51,336 nt of DNA, taken from positions 1 to 51,336 of the forward strand of contig MU058716.1 in NCBI GenBank assembly GCA_013265495.1, given 5' to 3'. Under the pieces are notes generated by a model, which was given only the letters and a program-made list of their open reading frames with translations, was not told the origin of the DNA and made no database searches. This document shows, one piece after another, positions 38,500 to 51,336 of this stretch (its first letter is position 1; every line of letters starts with the position of its first letter). Origin of the DNA: Vicugna vicugna. Its lineage: Eukaryota. The position numbers and the translations under genes are program-made.

Positions 38500-40175
38500 G
38501 AATGTCTGGGATCATCCTTGAAGTGTGCATGCATAGATCTGACCTTAAACATATATACAACTTCCATAGGATTTAAATAGGACCTAGAGTCCCATAACAT
38601 GATGCTCAAATTATCGAGGATACAATCCAAAATTACTGGACATAAGAACCAGTAAAATCTCAAGTTGGATGGGGGGGTGTGACAATCAACAGACAATGAT
38701 GCTGAGATGACACAGGTGTTGGTATTACTTGACAAGACTTTAAAGCAATAAAAATGCTCCAGGAAGTAAGGGTTAATGCTCTTGAAAGAAAATACAGAAA
38801 GTGAGAGCAAAGAAGTAGAAGACATAGTTAAAAACTAAATGGAAAATTTATAACTGAAAAGTACAGTCATGGAAAATTTAAGATAGTCTCAATAGCAGAG
38901 TGGAAATGATGGGAGGAAGAAGACAGTGCCGCTGAAGAAGGATCAATAGAAACTATTCAATCTGAACAATGGAGTGAAGAGATTGAAAAGAAAATGACAT
39001 TTTCAGGGACTTATGTGGCAACATCAAAATGTCTAACATTTATGCCACCAGAGTCCCAGGAGAGTTGAAAGAGTGTGTACAGAAAAGGCATTTGAAGAAC
39101 AGTGGCTGGAAAATTCTGACATTTGACAAAAGACAAAAACTTCCATGTCTTTTGAGTTTTAAGAGACTCAGTGAACACCAAATAAGAGAAGTCTAAAGAA
39201 ACACACACTCAACCACAGCATAATTACACAGCTGAAAACTAAAGACAAAAAAAACTTTGAAAGCAACCAAAGTAAAATGACACATTACTCACAGGGGGAC
39301 ACAGATTCAAATGAGTGCAGACTTCTCATCAGAAACCATGGAGGTCAGAAGAAAGTGAAGCATTTTTTTTAAATCCTGGAAGAAAAGAACAGTCAACTCA
39401 GAATTCTATATCCAGTGAAAAATATCCTTCAAGAACCAAGATGTGAAGTAACCATATTCCCAGATGAAGCAAAATTAAGAGAATTCATTGCCAATAGTTA
39501 CAAAATAAATTCTAAAGGGAGTTTCTTTAGACAGAAGGAAAATGAAACCATAAAGAACCCTGGAACATCTGGGCAAATATTACAGACTGTTTTCCTCTTG
39601 AGTCCTTGGCAGTTAGTATGGTAATTGAAAGCAAAAATTAAAACATTCTCTGATTGGTTTCTCAGTGTGTAAATGTAATATATAAAACAATTGCAACATA
39701 AAGTTTGGAAGGGGTAAAGAAACCTACATGGTGATGAGGGTTCCACATTCCATTTGAAGTGGTAAAATGGTGGTTATAGCTTGACTGTGAAAGTTAAATA
39801 TGTGTATTCTAGTCCCTAGAGCATTCCTTAAGGCGATAATACTATACAAAGAGATAAAACCACACTGGATAAAATAAATATTAAAATGTTCAAATAACAA
39901 ACAAGAAAGCAGGGAAGGGGAAAGCAGGAACAGAAACCAGAAGGGACAAGCAGAAAACAACTAATAAAATCTTGACCTAAATCCAAGCATATCAATAATG
40001 ACATTAAACATAAATCACCTAAGTACACCAATTAAAAGACAGAAATTTTTAGAATATAGGAAAAAGTGACCTAATCATATGCTGCCTACAAGAAATTAAC
40101 TTCCAATATATTGATATAGTAAGTTTAAGGGTAGAAGAATGGAAAACATATGGTATGAAAATGCCAATCAAAATA
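38500..40175 (+). mobile_element. Decayed ancient L1 (ORF1 to start of ORF2)
   Basis: gacttctcatcagaaaccatggaggtcagaag and tcagaattctatatccagtgaaaaatatccttcaag are ORF1 motifs. atatgctgcctacaagaaa is the endonuclease CCLQE motif. Confidence 0.75.
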
Positions 40176-40179
40176 AAGC

Positions 40180-41337
40180 TGGAAAGTGACATCAGTAAAA
40201 TGGTGGAGTAGGCAGAACCAAGTTTGCATCCTCCCAAAGAAACACTGAAAAACCAGCAGATACTGCTTGAAAACACTACAAGTCAGAGTACCAACACTCA
40301 GACATTCGGGGCAATTCCTCATTCAGTGTCCTCATTCAAGTGCAGCTGTGCATACTGAGGAATTTAGAACACAATGCAAATGCCCAGGCAAGATGCATGC
40401 TCAGAAAAGACCTGAGAAGACCCTAAATTTTCACCTTGGGCTTGTTCATTACAAGCTTGGCTAATAGTTGAACGAGGGTCCTGGTACAGAACCAATTTTC
40501 AAAGATTGTTAGAGGTCTGTCTGTCTGTTTCTGCATCTCTTTCACTCTCTATCTCTCTGTCTCTGTCTCTGTCACTCTTTCTGTATCTCCCCCCTCCACC
40601 TCTGTTTTTGTTCATGTTCTTAGTTCCTGAAATTCCAGGAAATCTCTGTAAAAACACTAGCTGAACACAACTGAGGATCAAAGACTTCAGCATACACATT
40701 AGCAGGGAATACAGTCTTTGAAATAACAGTTTGGGAAAGTATTAAAACAAATAGACAACATCTGACAACCAAAAACCTAGCAAGCCCTAGGAAAATCAGG
40801 GAGCCTGACTTCCAGGGTAATCACCTTTATAATTCTCAAATGTCATTTTTAGTAGCAGCAGCAACAACAAAAGGCATACAAAGACACAGGAGAGCATGGC
40901 CCATTCAAAGGAACAAAATAATTGACAGAAATAATCTCTATGGAAGCCCAGAAATCAGATTTATCTGATAAATATTTTTAAATAACTGTTTTAAATATTT
41001 TCAATGACCTAAAGGAAAACATAGACAAGTAACTAAAGCAAATTAGGAAAGTGATGTGTAAATAAAATAAGAATATCAATAAAAAGATTGAAGAAACATA
41101 AAAAGGAACCAAAAAATTCTAGAGCAGAATACAATAATTAAAATGAAAATTTACTAGGGAGGATCAACAGCAGGTTTGAGCAGACAGAAGAATCAGCAAA
41201 CTCAAGACAGAACAAAGAAAATTATTCAGCATAAAAATGTAGAAAGAAAAAAGAATAAAGAAAAGTGAACATAGCCCAGGGGACTTGGTGGAACACCGTC
41301 AAGTGAACTGGCATATACATATGGAAGTCCCAGAAGG
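40180..41337 (+). mobile_element. L1M-type 5' end and start of ORF1, containing a CT-rich microsatellite at about 40515-40600
   Basis: Starts gtgacatcagtaaaatggtggagtagg, an L1 5' motif. ORF1 homology ends at gtcccagaagg. Confidence 0.7.
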
Positions 41338-42188
41338 TCCAGGGTGTATCTTCATGGCCATTGACCTGAGCAGAGTGTGTGTCTTCAGGGCCAAGTGTAT
41401 GTCTTCAGCATCAGTGAACCAGGTCAAGAGTGTACCTTCATAACCAGGAACCCAGGACCAGGGTGTGCCTTCGGCGCCAGAGACTGAGCCCAGATGTGCC
41501 TTCAGGCCAGACACACAGGTCCAGGGTTTGTCTTCAGGGCCAGTTACCCAGGCTAAGTGTGTTTCTTCAGGGTCAGTGACCCAGGCCAAGTGTGTATGTT
41601 GAGCACCAGTGACACAGGTTGAGTTGTGTCTTCTACGAAATGACCGAGGCCCAAGGTGTGCTTGTTTGTAGTGACCACACCAATGGTGTATCTACAGGGT
41701 TAGTTACCAGACCAATGGTGTGATTTCTGGGCTAGTGACCCAGGTCAATATTGTGACTTCTCGGCAGTGACCCAGGGAAGGGTTTGCCTTCAGGGCCAGT
41801 CACCCAGGCCCAGTGTGTGTTTCAAGGCCATTGACCAAAGCCCAGGGTGTACCTTCGGGCCACACACCCATGCGAAGAGTGTGTCTTGAGGACCAGTGAC
41901 CCAAGCGAAGGGTGTGCATTCAGCACCAGTGACACAGGCCCAGAGTGTGTCTTCTAGGCCAGACAACAAGGCCAATGGTGTGACTTGAGGGCCAGTGATC
42001 TAGGCCAAGAGTGTGTCTTCAGGGCCAAGCACCCAGGCCCAGGGTGCTAATTCAGGGCCAGTGACCCAGGCCAAGTGTGTGTCTTCAAGGCCATTAACTT
42101 TGATCCAAGGTGTGCCTTAAATACCAGTGGTCCAACGTCTATGGTGTGTATCAGGGCCAGTGAACCAGAACAAGTGTGTCTTCAGGCC
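41338..42188 (+). repeat. 33-bp tandem array, consensus about CTTCAGGGCCAGTGACCCAGGCCAAGTGTGTGT, about 26 degenerate units
   Basis: The unit recurs visibly. Minus-strand translations show the matching 11-aa period (LAWVTGPEDT-like). Confidence 0.92.
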
Positions 42189-42742
42189 ATCTCAAATGGA
42201 AAGGAAGAAGTTAAATTATCTCCATTTGCAGATAACATAGTCCTATATACAGAAAAAAACCCCAAATCCACAATACAGTTAACTAAACCTCACAAGGGAA
42301 CTCAGCAAAGTTGCAGGGTATAAGATCAATATGCAATAGCCAGTTGTATTTCTGTACACATGCAATGAACAGTCTGCAAAGGAAATTAAGAAAGCAATTC
42401 AATATGTAATAGCATTTAAAAGAATAAAATACACAGCAATAAACTTAACCAAGGTGGGGAAAGGCCTGTACACTGAAAACTACAAAGTATTGCTGAAATA
42501 AATTAAAGAAAACTTCCATAAATGGAAAGACATCCCTTGTTCATGGATAGAAAGACAATATTGTTAAGATGTCAATATTACTTGAAGTGGTCTGCAGAGT
42601 CAATGCAATCCCTATAAAATTCCAACAGCCTTTTTTGAAGAAATGAAAAAGATGATCCTCAAATTCATGTGGAATTGCAATGGGCCCTGAAAGGCCAAAA
42701 CAACCTTGAAAAAGAACAAAGCTGGATGGCTCATCCTTCCTG
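42189..42742 (+). mobile_element. L1 ORF2 reverse-transcriptase fragment
   Basis: Translation GKEEVKLSPFADNIVLY is a degenerate LFADDM motif, followed by continuous ORF2 homology. Confidence 0.85.
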
Positions 42743-43106
42743 TGTTTTTATACACTGAGCCTGTAAGAATTATCAATTTATTGCAATCAAGCTTGACGTA
42801 AGGAAACCAGCAAAGATCTTGAAGCTTTCTCATTACCAAAAGACTCCAAATATTCTTGTAGACAAGTGAGTTACAGAAAATGCAGTTTCCCTAGACAAGT
42901 TATTAGTTTGTATAGCCCCCAAACCGTTACATTCCACAGGAGATTAAGTATTTGAAATTAAATATTTACAATCCAGATGACACAAAACGGCACAAAGTGG
43001 AATTTCTAGGGAATAAATTCTCCAAGTCATGAGGATAAGATCTAGAATGGGTATTAATGTCGACACAAAAGGACTTTGACCCAACTTGGGTTAAGATTTA
43101 CTTTCT

Positions 43107-44830
43107 TACAGATTCAATGCAATTTCTGTCAAAATTCCAATGACTTTTTTTTGCAGAAGTAGAGAAGTCTATCCTAAAATTTATATGGAATGTCAAGGGA
43201 CGCAGGAGACCCAAAACAATCTCAAAAAAGAACAAAGCTGAAAGTTTCAAACTTCCTCATTTCAGAAATTACTGCAAAGCTACAGTAATTGAAACAGTGC
43301 AGTACTGACAAAAAGACCAGTAAAACAGTGGAAGACAATGGACAGCCCAGAAATAAACCCTCGCATGTGGAGCCAAGTGAGTTTCAACAAGGGTGCCAAG
43401 ACCACTAAGCAGGCGCAAGAACAGTCTTTTCAACAAATGGTGTTGAGAAAACTGGACATCCACAAGTGAAAGAATGACACTGGACCCTAAAATATATTAC
43501 ATACAAAAATTAATTCCAAATGGATCAAAGACCTAACTGAAAGAGTTAAAACTATAAAAACTCTTAGAAGAAAGCTTAAGGGAAATTTTCATGATTTTTA
43601 ATTTGGAAATAATTTCTGTTTATGACACCAAAACCACAGGCAACAAATGGGGGAAAAAAAGTAAACTAGACTACATCACAATTTAAAACTTCTGTGCATT
43701 GAGAGACACAATCAACAGAGTGAAAAGGCAACCCCTGGATTTGAAGAAAATATTTGGAAATTATGTATCTGCTAAGGAGTTAATACCCAGAATATATAAA
43801 GAATTCCTACAACTCAGTAACAACAAAAAACAACCCAATTTAAAAATGGGCAAAGACTTGAATAGACATTTCCCCAAAGAAGATATATAAGTGGCCAAAA
43901 ACCACATGTAAAGGTGTTCAGTGTTACTGATTATTAGGTGAATGCAGATCAGAACCACAATAAGATACCACCTCATACCCATTAGGATGGCTACCATCAC
44001 AAAAACAGAAAATAAGTCATGTTGGTGAGGATGCAGAGAAATTGGAATCCTTGTGCACTGTTGATGGGAACGTAAAATGATACAGCTGCTGTAGAAAACA
44101 GTATGGTGGTTTCTCAAAAAAAAAAACTTAGAATCAGCATATGATTCAGCAATTCCATTTTTGTGTATGTACCTAAAAGAATTGAAAGCAGAGATTCAAA
44201 CAGATTTCTGTGCACTCATGTTTATAACATTATTCACAATAGTCAGAAGCTGAAAGAAACCCAACTGTCCATCAGTGGGTGGATGGATAAACAAAATGTG
44301 ATATTATATGTATAACGGAACATCATTCAGCCATAAAAAGGAACAAAATTCTGACACAGGCTATGACATAGATAAGCTTTGATGACATTTTTGTAAGTGA
44401 AATAAGTCAGCCCCTAAAGGACCGATGTTGCATGATTCCGTTATATGAGGTAGCTGATGTAGTCAGATTCATGGAGACAGTAGAATGGTGATCGCCAGAG
44501 CCTGAGGGCAGGCGAGAATGGAGAATACTGTTTAACAGGGACAGAGTTTCAGTTTTATGAGATGGACAGTTGTAGATGTGGATGGTGGTGATGGTGCACA
44601 ACTATGTGAATGTATCTAATGTGAGCGAACTGTACAGTCAAAAATGGTTAAGATGATGCATTTTAGGCAGGAGGGTATATATGGTTCAGTGGCAGAGTGC
44701 GTGCTTAGCAAGCATGAGGTTCTGGCTTCAATCCCTAGTACCTCCACTAAAAATAAATAAATAAACCTAATTGCCTTCCCCTCATAAATAAATTTCATGT
44801 TATGTATATTTCACCACAATTTAAAAAAAC
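43107..44830 (+). mobile_element. L1MB-like ORF2 3' half and 3'UTR
   Basis: Continuous L1 ORF2 homology (MRDTINRVKRQP...LNRHFPKEDI) and the L1MB-type 3'UTR gatggtggtgatggtgcacaac. Confidence 0.88.
44666..44790 (+). mobile_element. Second Vic-1-type tRNA-derived SINE, more diverged
   Basis: ggcagagtgcgtgcttagcaagcatgaggttctggcttcaatccctagtacctccactaaaa...aaacctaattgccttcccc aligns with 34604-34754. Confidence 0.85.
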
Positions 44831-47800
44831 CCAAAGATGTACATTCTTGGGATCTTTACATGCTCTACAAGTGTTTGCAAACTTTATCCTTGATTTCTTT
44901 TCCTACCTGAGTCAACAATCCTTATCTTCCCAAGTTTCTTGCTAATAAATGCTAATAAAAGACTCTAAATCTCTGGTATATGCTTGATTTTTTTTTTGAG
45001 CCAGGCTAAATATAAGTTTATGGAACTTACTGAATATGTGATGTGTTGAATCAAAGAATGTACGGTTTACAGTTTTGATTCCATAGTATTTCTGGATAAA
45101 CTCAGCAAACTTTGTAATGAATGAAGTAGTCTTGAAAGGCGTTCTCTTTAAGAATCAAACAAGACAGATACCTGCTCGCTCTGCTTCTATTCAGCGCTGT
45201 TGAAGCCCTTGCAATACAAAGAATACTGTTGTAAAAGAAAAGACGAATTATCCCTATTGACAGCTGTGATGGTGCGCTTCAAAATGACCCCCAAAATACA
45301 CAAAGTGTTAAAATTAAGGTGAAAACTTGTCAAAGTTGCTAGATTTAAGATCAATATGCACAACTCAATAATTAAATTTATATACATATAATAACAATAT
45401 ATAGGAAATACAATTTGTTAAAAACACTTATAATAGCAATTAAGAAAAAGTTATCTAGAACTATTGTCACTGAAGTTGATCTTCACCCTCTGTTTTTGGC
45501 CCAAATTTGCTACTTTGTGTTGGCTTTGGATGTGAGAAGGTCAGATGTCTACTTTCATGTCATTTCTTGGATACCTGAACCTATGTGTGACCACAAGACC
45601 GTGCAGGTTACCATTAGTAATACAGACAAAGCATGCTGTTAGACTTTATTGCTAAAATCTGTCTTTAATTTACGAATATAGGTGAGCATTCTGCATATAA
45701 CTTGGAGGAAAAACTCTTAGGTTCTTCCCCTGTTGAAATGTTGGTTGTAATGTAACTGTGTTTTTATTATCACAGGAGTAAAATTCCACAATCAGTAATG
45801 ATGATTATGAAAGTAGTTAATTTTATGCAGAAAAACAATGATACAGAGCTCCCAAATAGCTAAATAAGGGAAAAGACGGTAGGTTAATATGAATATTAAG
45901 AGAATGCATTAGTGAGATTGACTTAGGATGAACATTATAACATTTTTGAACTAAGAAATGTTCCTAAAACTTTTGCAATTATACAAGCACAGAGCTAAGG
46001 ATTAGATCATGTAATTATTCTAGTTATCATAGAAGTGTTTGGCATACCAGCACTCATTACACTAAACAAAATAATCTTTAACCTGCATTTAATTTTCAGT
46101 TACTTAATTTCACTTAAAACATGAGATCTTTGAGGAAAATTATTGTTTGGTAATCCTTCACATCTCATGAAGATAAATTTAAAATATATTGTTATGTTTG
46201 CCACTTCAAATTTTCTCTAAGAAGAAAAGATCTAGCCAATAAAACATAAAAAACATGAAGATAAAAGTCTTAGAGAAGAAACTGGTATTCCTCAAAAACG
46301 TCTTGCTTTTCCCTGCATCTCATTTGGAAGTGAGGGCACTGCCAGCGGGCTGTTTGCGAGCTGTGGGAGCAGTCTAACAGTTGTTGGCTCTGAGAACTGA
46401 CTGTTCCTGCATTACAGTATCAAACAAACTTTTTGTACTAAAATTTTATTATAAAATTGAAATATTTTTTCATAACATGAATTTCCTGATAAAATTTTAT
46501 ATTTATGCATGTGTTTCACAGATTTAGTTTTAGTTTACTTTAGTTATCTGAAATCAGATTTTTCCATGGCTTTGGCCAAATATCTGTTTTGGCACTTGGT
46601 TATTCAGTATTTGGCAAAAAAATGTATTGGACACACTTCTAGTAACTCTAAATATAATGAAAGAATTACTTGTAAGACCATTATGGAGAAAAAATTATTT
46701 GAAGATCTTTAAAGAATACCTTAAAGAAATATATTTATGAATAGGAAAACCCAAGTTTATACAGATTTTATTTTCCCCTATTGATATATAGACTCAATGC
46801 AATTTTTAATAAAAATCCCTAGAGGTGTTTTTGTGGAACTTGATGAATTAACTATAAAATTTCTATGGAAAGGCAAAGAACCAAGAATAGCCAAGACACT
46901 CCTGAAGAGAACACAGTGGGAAACTTGCCAAATATCAAGACTTATGAAGCTATAGGGATCAATCCAGTGTGGTGGTTCTGGTTCGTGGATGGACCAATGG
47001 AACAGAAAGAGAGCTCAGAAACAAACCTGCACATATTTGCAATTTTCAGTGTTTATAGTTTGTGAATATGAATACCTATTGATAACTAGGATAAAAATAT
47101 GAAATTACCTGAGTCATAAAAAAATGGAAATTTAATAGGCACATTAAAAAATATGCCTCAAGGAAAGAAGATGTCTAAAAATTAGCCCTCACTTTACCTT
47201 ACCCCCCACATAATTGTGAGGTTGATTCTTGTTATAATGAATTTACCCTCTATGATTACCAGACCAGAAGCAAGTCTCACGTTCACTCTTTAAGGAGTCC
47301 TAATAGCTATGTTACCAAAATACTGTAGTAAACAGGATCAACTGTCTTCTGCTGGGTGTTTTAAGTGAATGAGCTACCGGTAGGGATTATGAGTTTGTTC
47401 GGGCTCCCCTTAGCAACAGGACCAGGGCAGGGTTTGATGCTCAAGTTAGGCAAAGCAACCTTTTCAACAAAGAGAGTCGAAGCTTTAAAAACCCCAGAAA
47501 CCTGGCGACTCATCACATCACTCCAGCCCTGTGGGATCTCTGGGAGGTGAATCTCGAGAGAGCACAGAGTTCACGTCTTGGTCTGTGATCCTATTTTTCA
47601 AAAACCATCCTGTCCTCTTCTGTACGTGTTCCGCGTGCAGACATCTCACCCCACTCGGTGGACTACTTGTCTGCACCTGGCTTTGCCACCGCCCTCCTGG
47701 CAGGCACAGCACTTCTCTCTCTTCCCTCAAGCACCACTGTTTCTTTTGCACACATTGCAATGTCTAGGGTGGTGTTAGCACTGGGATAGGGTCGACAGAG

Positions 47801-48014
47801 TTCTGAGGAAGAGGAAGAGTTGGAGGAAAAGACAGAAGTAGGGAAGGAAGGCAGGTGCAGAGGGGTGTGTGTGTATGAGTGACAGTCTCAAGGCTGCAGG
47901 GAAATGGGAGAAGACTTGTGATATAATATTAAATGAAAAAATCAGATTATAAAACAGTACATGCACCATCATTCTATTTTTGTAAGAAACAAACAGTGTG
48001 TATGCAGGTGCACT

Positions 48015-48037
48015 CACACACACACACACACACACAC
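48015..48037. repeat. (CA)n microsatellite
   Basis: Seen directly. Confidence 0.92.
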
Positions 48038-49969
48038 GTACTCAGGACTCTACAGAAGGTCACGCACCACAACGATGGTTATTTTTTGTGGTGAGTGATT
48101 TCTATTTTCATTTTTGTGTCTACTTGTAATTTCAAATTTTCTAAAATGAACATGTGTCATTTTTATAATTAAGAAAAAATTATTTTTAAATATAAAACCA
48201 AATTTTCCACTTCTGGCTGTAAGGGAGTAACAAAGTCAGTCTTAATCTTTCCACTGAATATTGGACATAATATGTTAAACAAACCATCTGCAAAATAGCC
48301 ACGGGACATAAAGTTGTCTTTAGATGTTAAACAACAGGCAGTGAAAGACTGTGATCCCTAAGAGAAGGGAACCAGCAGGGATGGGCCCTTCAAGCAGCCT
48401 CGATCTCGGCCTGGAGGCACCTCGCGATCTTGGCACAGGTAGGGAAATAGGGACAGGTGGTTTTGTGGAGTTGAGGAGGCCGAGGCCGGACCCTGGGGAG
48501 GCTGAGGCAGTTAAAATCTGTGGGGCAGGGTACTGAAGGGGGGGAAGGAAGTCTTGCAGGCAAAGAGCTCAGAAATCTGCATAGGGGTTCTCTTGAGTCT
48601 TCAGTTGGAAACCATTTGCTCACAATCAAGGAAAATCTCCTTGGTTTGCAAGAGCAAGTCCCAGGGAAAGGAGAGGAGCCAGGAGCTACAAGCAGAGCAA
48701 TTTCCAGAGCTCACACAGGGCTAGGAAGTGTTCATACTCCCTACACCCAGACCTGGAGGAATACAGGGGCAATCAGTAACTCCTCAGTAGTGAGGCTAAA
48801 GCAACTCTTTAAAAAAGCCTAACCTGTCTTAAAAGAGCTTTGAAACAAACCTTAAAAGAACAAAGCAGAACTGGAAATAGCTTCCATACTCTTGAAAAGT
48901 ATACAACAAAATGTAGTATTTACAGTCTAAAATTCACAATGACTGGCATCACTAATGCAAGAAAGTGTGAAATATGAGCAGACGAAAAATCAGTCAATAG
49001 TAACAGACCTAGAAATAATGGAGATTTTTCAGAATGAAAGAGGTCAGAATTTATCCTCAAAAGGGCCACACGTAAGTCCTCACCGAGACTTTCTAATGAT
49101 GCACTTTTCCAAGTCCTGAGATGCACTTGCAGTGAGAAAGGCACAGAGAGGGACATGGAGAATTTAGAGCCTCTTTCATAACCATGTCAAAGTCAAAAGT
49201 CGGAATTTCATCTGAGATTTTTGTACCTCCCTTCCTTTCCCTGTAACGCGGACATTTCTTTTTTAAATTTCTTAAAGATATCATCGTAGTAGGAGCACTT
49301 AACACTGGATCTACCCTCTTAGGTCTCAAGTGTTCAACCCCGTGCTGTTACCAGCGTTTCTTATAGATTAGGATTGGAAACCGATCAAACTCTCTCTCAC
49401 TGTGGAAGGCATCCTCTGACATGTGCGTGTGCATTCTGAACAGTCCTCCTGGTGGCTGGCTGGGGGGTTGCTGTGGAAAGAGAGAGGCAGAGAAACGGAG
49501 GGGGCTGCCCCAGGACCCTGACTGGCTGCCCACCCCCGTGGGTTACAGGCACCTGAGACGCAAGTCTCCTGGCAGCTCCACAGGCCCTGATCCACGCCAA
49601 ACATGCTCTGCCCAGGTGTCAGGTGACCAGCAGCCCTGGGCTCTGCTGCAGACGCGAGGACCAACAAAGCCCTCCTCTTGGGGCAGGCGTGGCCACGTGA
49701 GGCACCTGCCTGGGGCTCTGGCCAACCTCACCTGGCGCCTGTCCTCACATACGTGAGCAGGGAAGGAAGACGCTGGGAGACTGCACTGGAGGGGTGGCAG
49801 GCCCTGGCCCTGTTATGGGAGAGGAGGGGCTGGGTGAAAGACTCTGGGGCCAGGACGCAGGGACCGCAGGGGATACAGCCAAGAGGAGGTGGGATGGGCT
49901 GTCCACCTAAAACATGAGGTGGTACAAAGAGAGGGACACTGTGATCTGTCTCAATAATAATTTTTATAT

Positions 49970-50014
49970 CACCAGAAATTGACACATTGTAACTGACTAT
50001 ACTTCAATTAAAAA
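49970..50014 (+). mobile_element. Ultra-short L1 3' terminus insertion with TSD
   Basis: caccagaaattgacacattgtaactgactatacttcaattaaaaa matches the end of the L1 at about 14906-14950. Flanked by aataataattt(t)tata on both sides. Confidence 0.75.
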
Positions 50015-50845
50015 AATAATAATTTTATACTGATTTCATGTTGAAACGATATCGTGGATATAGTATTTAAATATTATTACAGTGAATTTTACCTGCTTCT
50101 TTTGACTTCCTAAATGTGGACACGCGGACATTTTGAGAGCCTAGAGAACAGGCACCCGTCTGTGTCCACGCACCAGGCTGCAAAAGAGGATGCAGGCTGA
50201 CTGGTGATTAAAGGCTGCAGCAGCCTGGGCAGCCCTGGGCCCTGTGCCAGGTGTGCTCAGGTGACTGTGAGCCAGGTGACCTAAGAACATCCCCTGGGGC
50301 CTGTCAGGTGGAAACAGAGGTGGATCAGCCTGCTCAGGTGACACAATCTCTGAAAAGATCCTGAACCTGGCGAGATTTAATAAAGGGACACAGGCCAGTT
50401 TCCACACAGAGTTGGCCCAGACAGCACAGACGTGGGGAGGACGGTGCAGCTCCTGTGACAGGTAAGAACCTGGGGCTCATGGCGCAGTAGCCGAAATATC
50501 ATATTTGCTGCTCTTTCACTCCTTCGACCACCAGTTGCTGGGCCCCTGACTGCGTGGGGGTCAGGAGTGACAGGCCTGGGCCTGGCTCTCAGCAAAGACA
50601 GCACATGGAGGTGGGTAAGGAAAGTGGTGCAGGAGGGGACAGAGAGGGAGGACGGGCTGGGGTGACTCTGAGTGGGGGGGAAGCTGCGGGACCAGCTGGG
50701 GCTGAGGGAAGGGGAGAGGCTGGGAAGGGAGCTCCCAGGAGTGGGGCATACCCTCTGTGCTGTTGGGTGGTGAGCTATGTAGGTGGAGGGCAGGCTGGCC
50801 CAGAGCAACCCTCAGGAATCGGTGTTTCTCCAAAAACCCATCCAG

Positions 50846-51336
50846 AAGTGGCAGGAGACCTAGACAAGCAGTTCTCCAGTGAAGACATACAAATGGCCAA
50901 TAGACACAAGAAAAAATGCTCAGTATCGCTAATTATCAGAGAAATGCAAATCAAAACTACAGTGAGGTGTCATCCCACATCAGACAGAATGGCCATCATC
51001 GAAAAGTCCATGAATGATAAATGCTGAAGAGGGTGTGGAGAAATGGGAACCCTCCTACTCTGCTGGTGGGAATGCATTTTGGTGCAGACATTGTGGAAAA
51101 CAGTATGGAGATTCCTCAACAAACTCAAAGTAGACTTACTTTATGATCCAAACCCCACTCTGGGGCATGTATCTGGAGGGAACTCTAATTAGTAAAAATA
51201 CATGTACCCAAATATTCACAGCAGCACTATTTACAATAGCTAAGACATGGAAACAACCTAAATGTCCATCGACAGATGACTGATTAAAGAAGTTGTGGTA
51301 TATTTATACAGTGGAATACTACTCAGCCATAAAAAA
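50846..51336 (+). mobile_element. 5'-truncated L1 ORF2 3' region running out of the window
   Basis: Translation [31 protein letters not shown] is L1 ORF2. Confidence 0.9.

Noticed and set aside
41299..41975. Minus-strand ORFs with an 11-aa repeat, and a CRISPR-like ~33-bp periodicity
   Set aside because: Units are contiguous with no unique spacers, there are no cas genes, and the context is mammalian. The frames are interrupted by stops and indels.
32190..44830. Possible intact L1 element
   Set aside because: All pieces are fragmented, nested, internally deleted and full of stops.

Overview
Mammalian genomic DNA, most likely camelid (alpaca/llama/camel), judged from two tRNA-derived SINEs with the Vic-1 layout. 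The only gene I can support is the 3' end of WDR35 (IFT121): its last three coding exons lie on the + strand at 103-259, 1897-2137 and 2414-2564 (stop TGA). The remaining ~48 kb is intergenic. About 6-29 kb is GC-rich and holds MaLR/ERV LTRs, L1 3' ends and a GC-rich 16-bp tandem array. About 31-49 kb is an AT-rich cluster of nested, decayed L1s. Apart from two ORFs overlapping WDR35 exons and several that translate decayed L1 ORF2, the ORF track looks spurious. I found no new protein-coding system. The most notable observations are: (i) a well-preserved ERV2/betaretrovirus-like solo LTR with a perfect 6-bp TSD; (ii) a 16-bp minisatellite whose orientation flips mid-array; (iii) an unrelated-looking 33-bp array filling an internal L1 deletion; (iv) no visible TTC32, which follows WDR35 in human; (v) two young tandem duplications and a 31-bp templated insertion; (vi) an octamer/homeobox-rich candidate enhancer. 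Repeat family names and orthologue comparisons come from memory and need RepeatMasker or BLAST confirmation.
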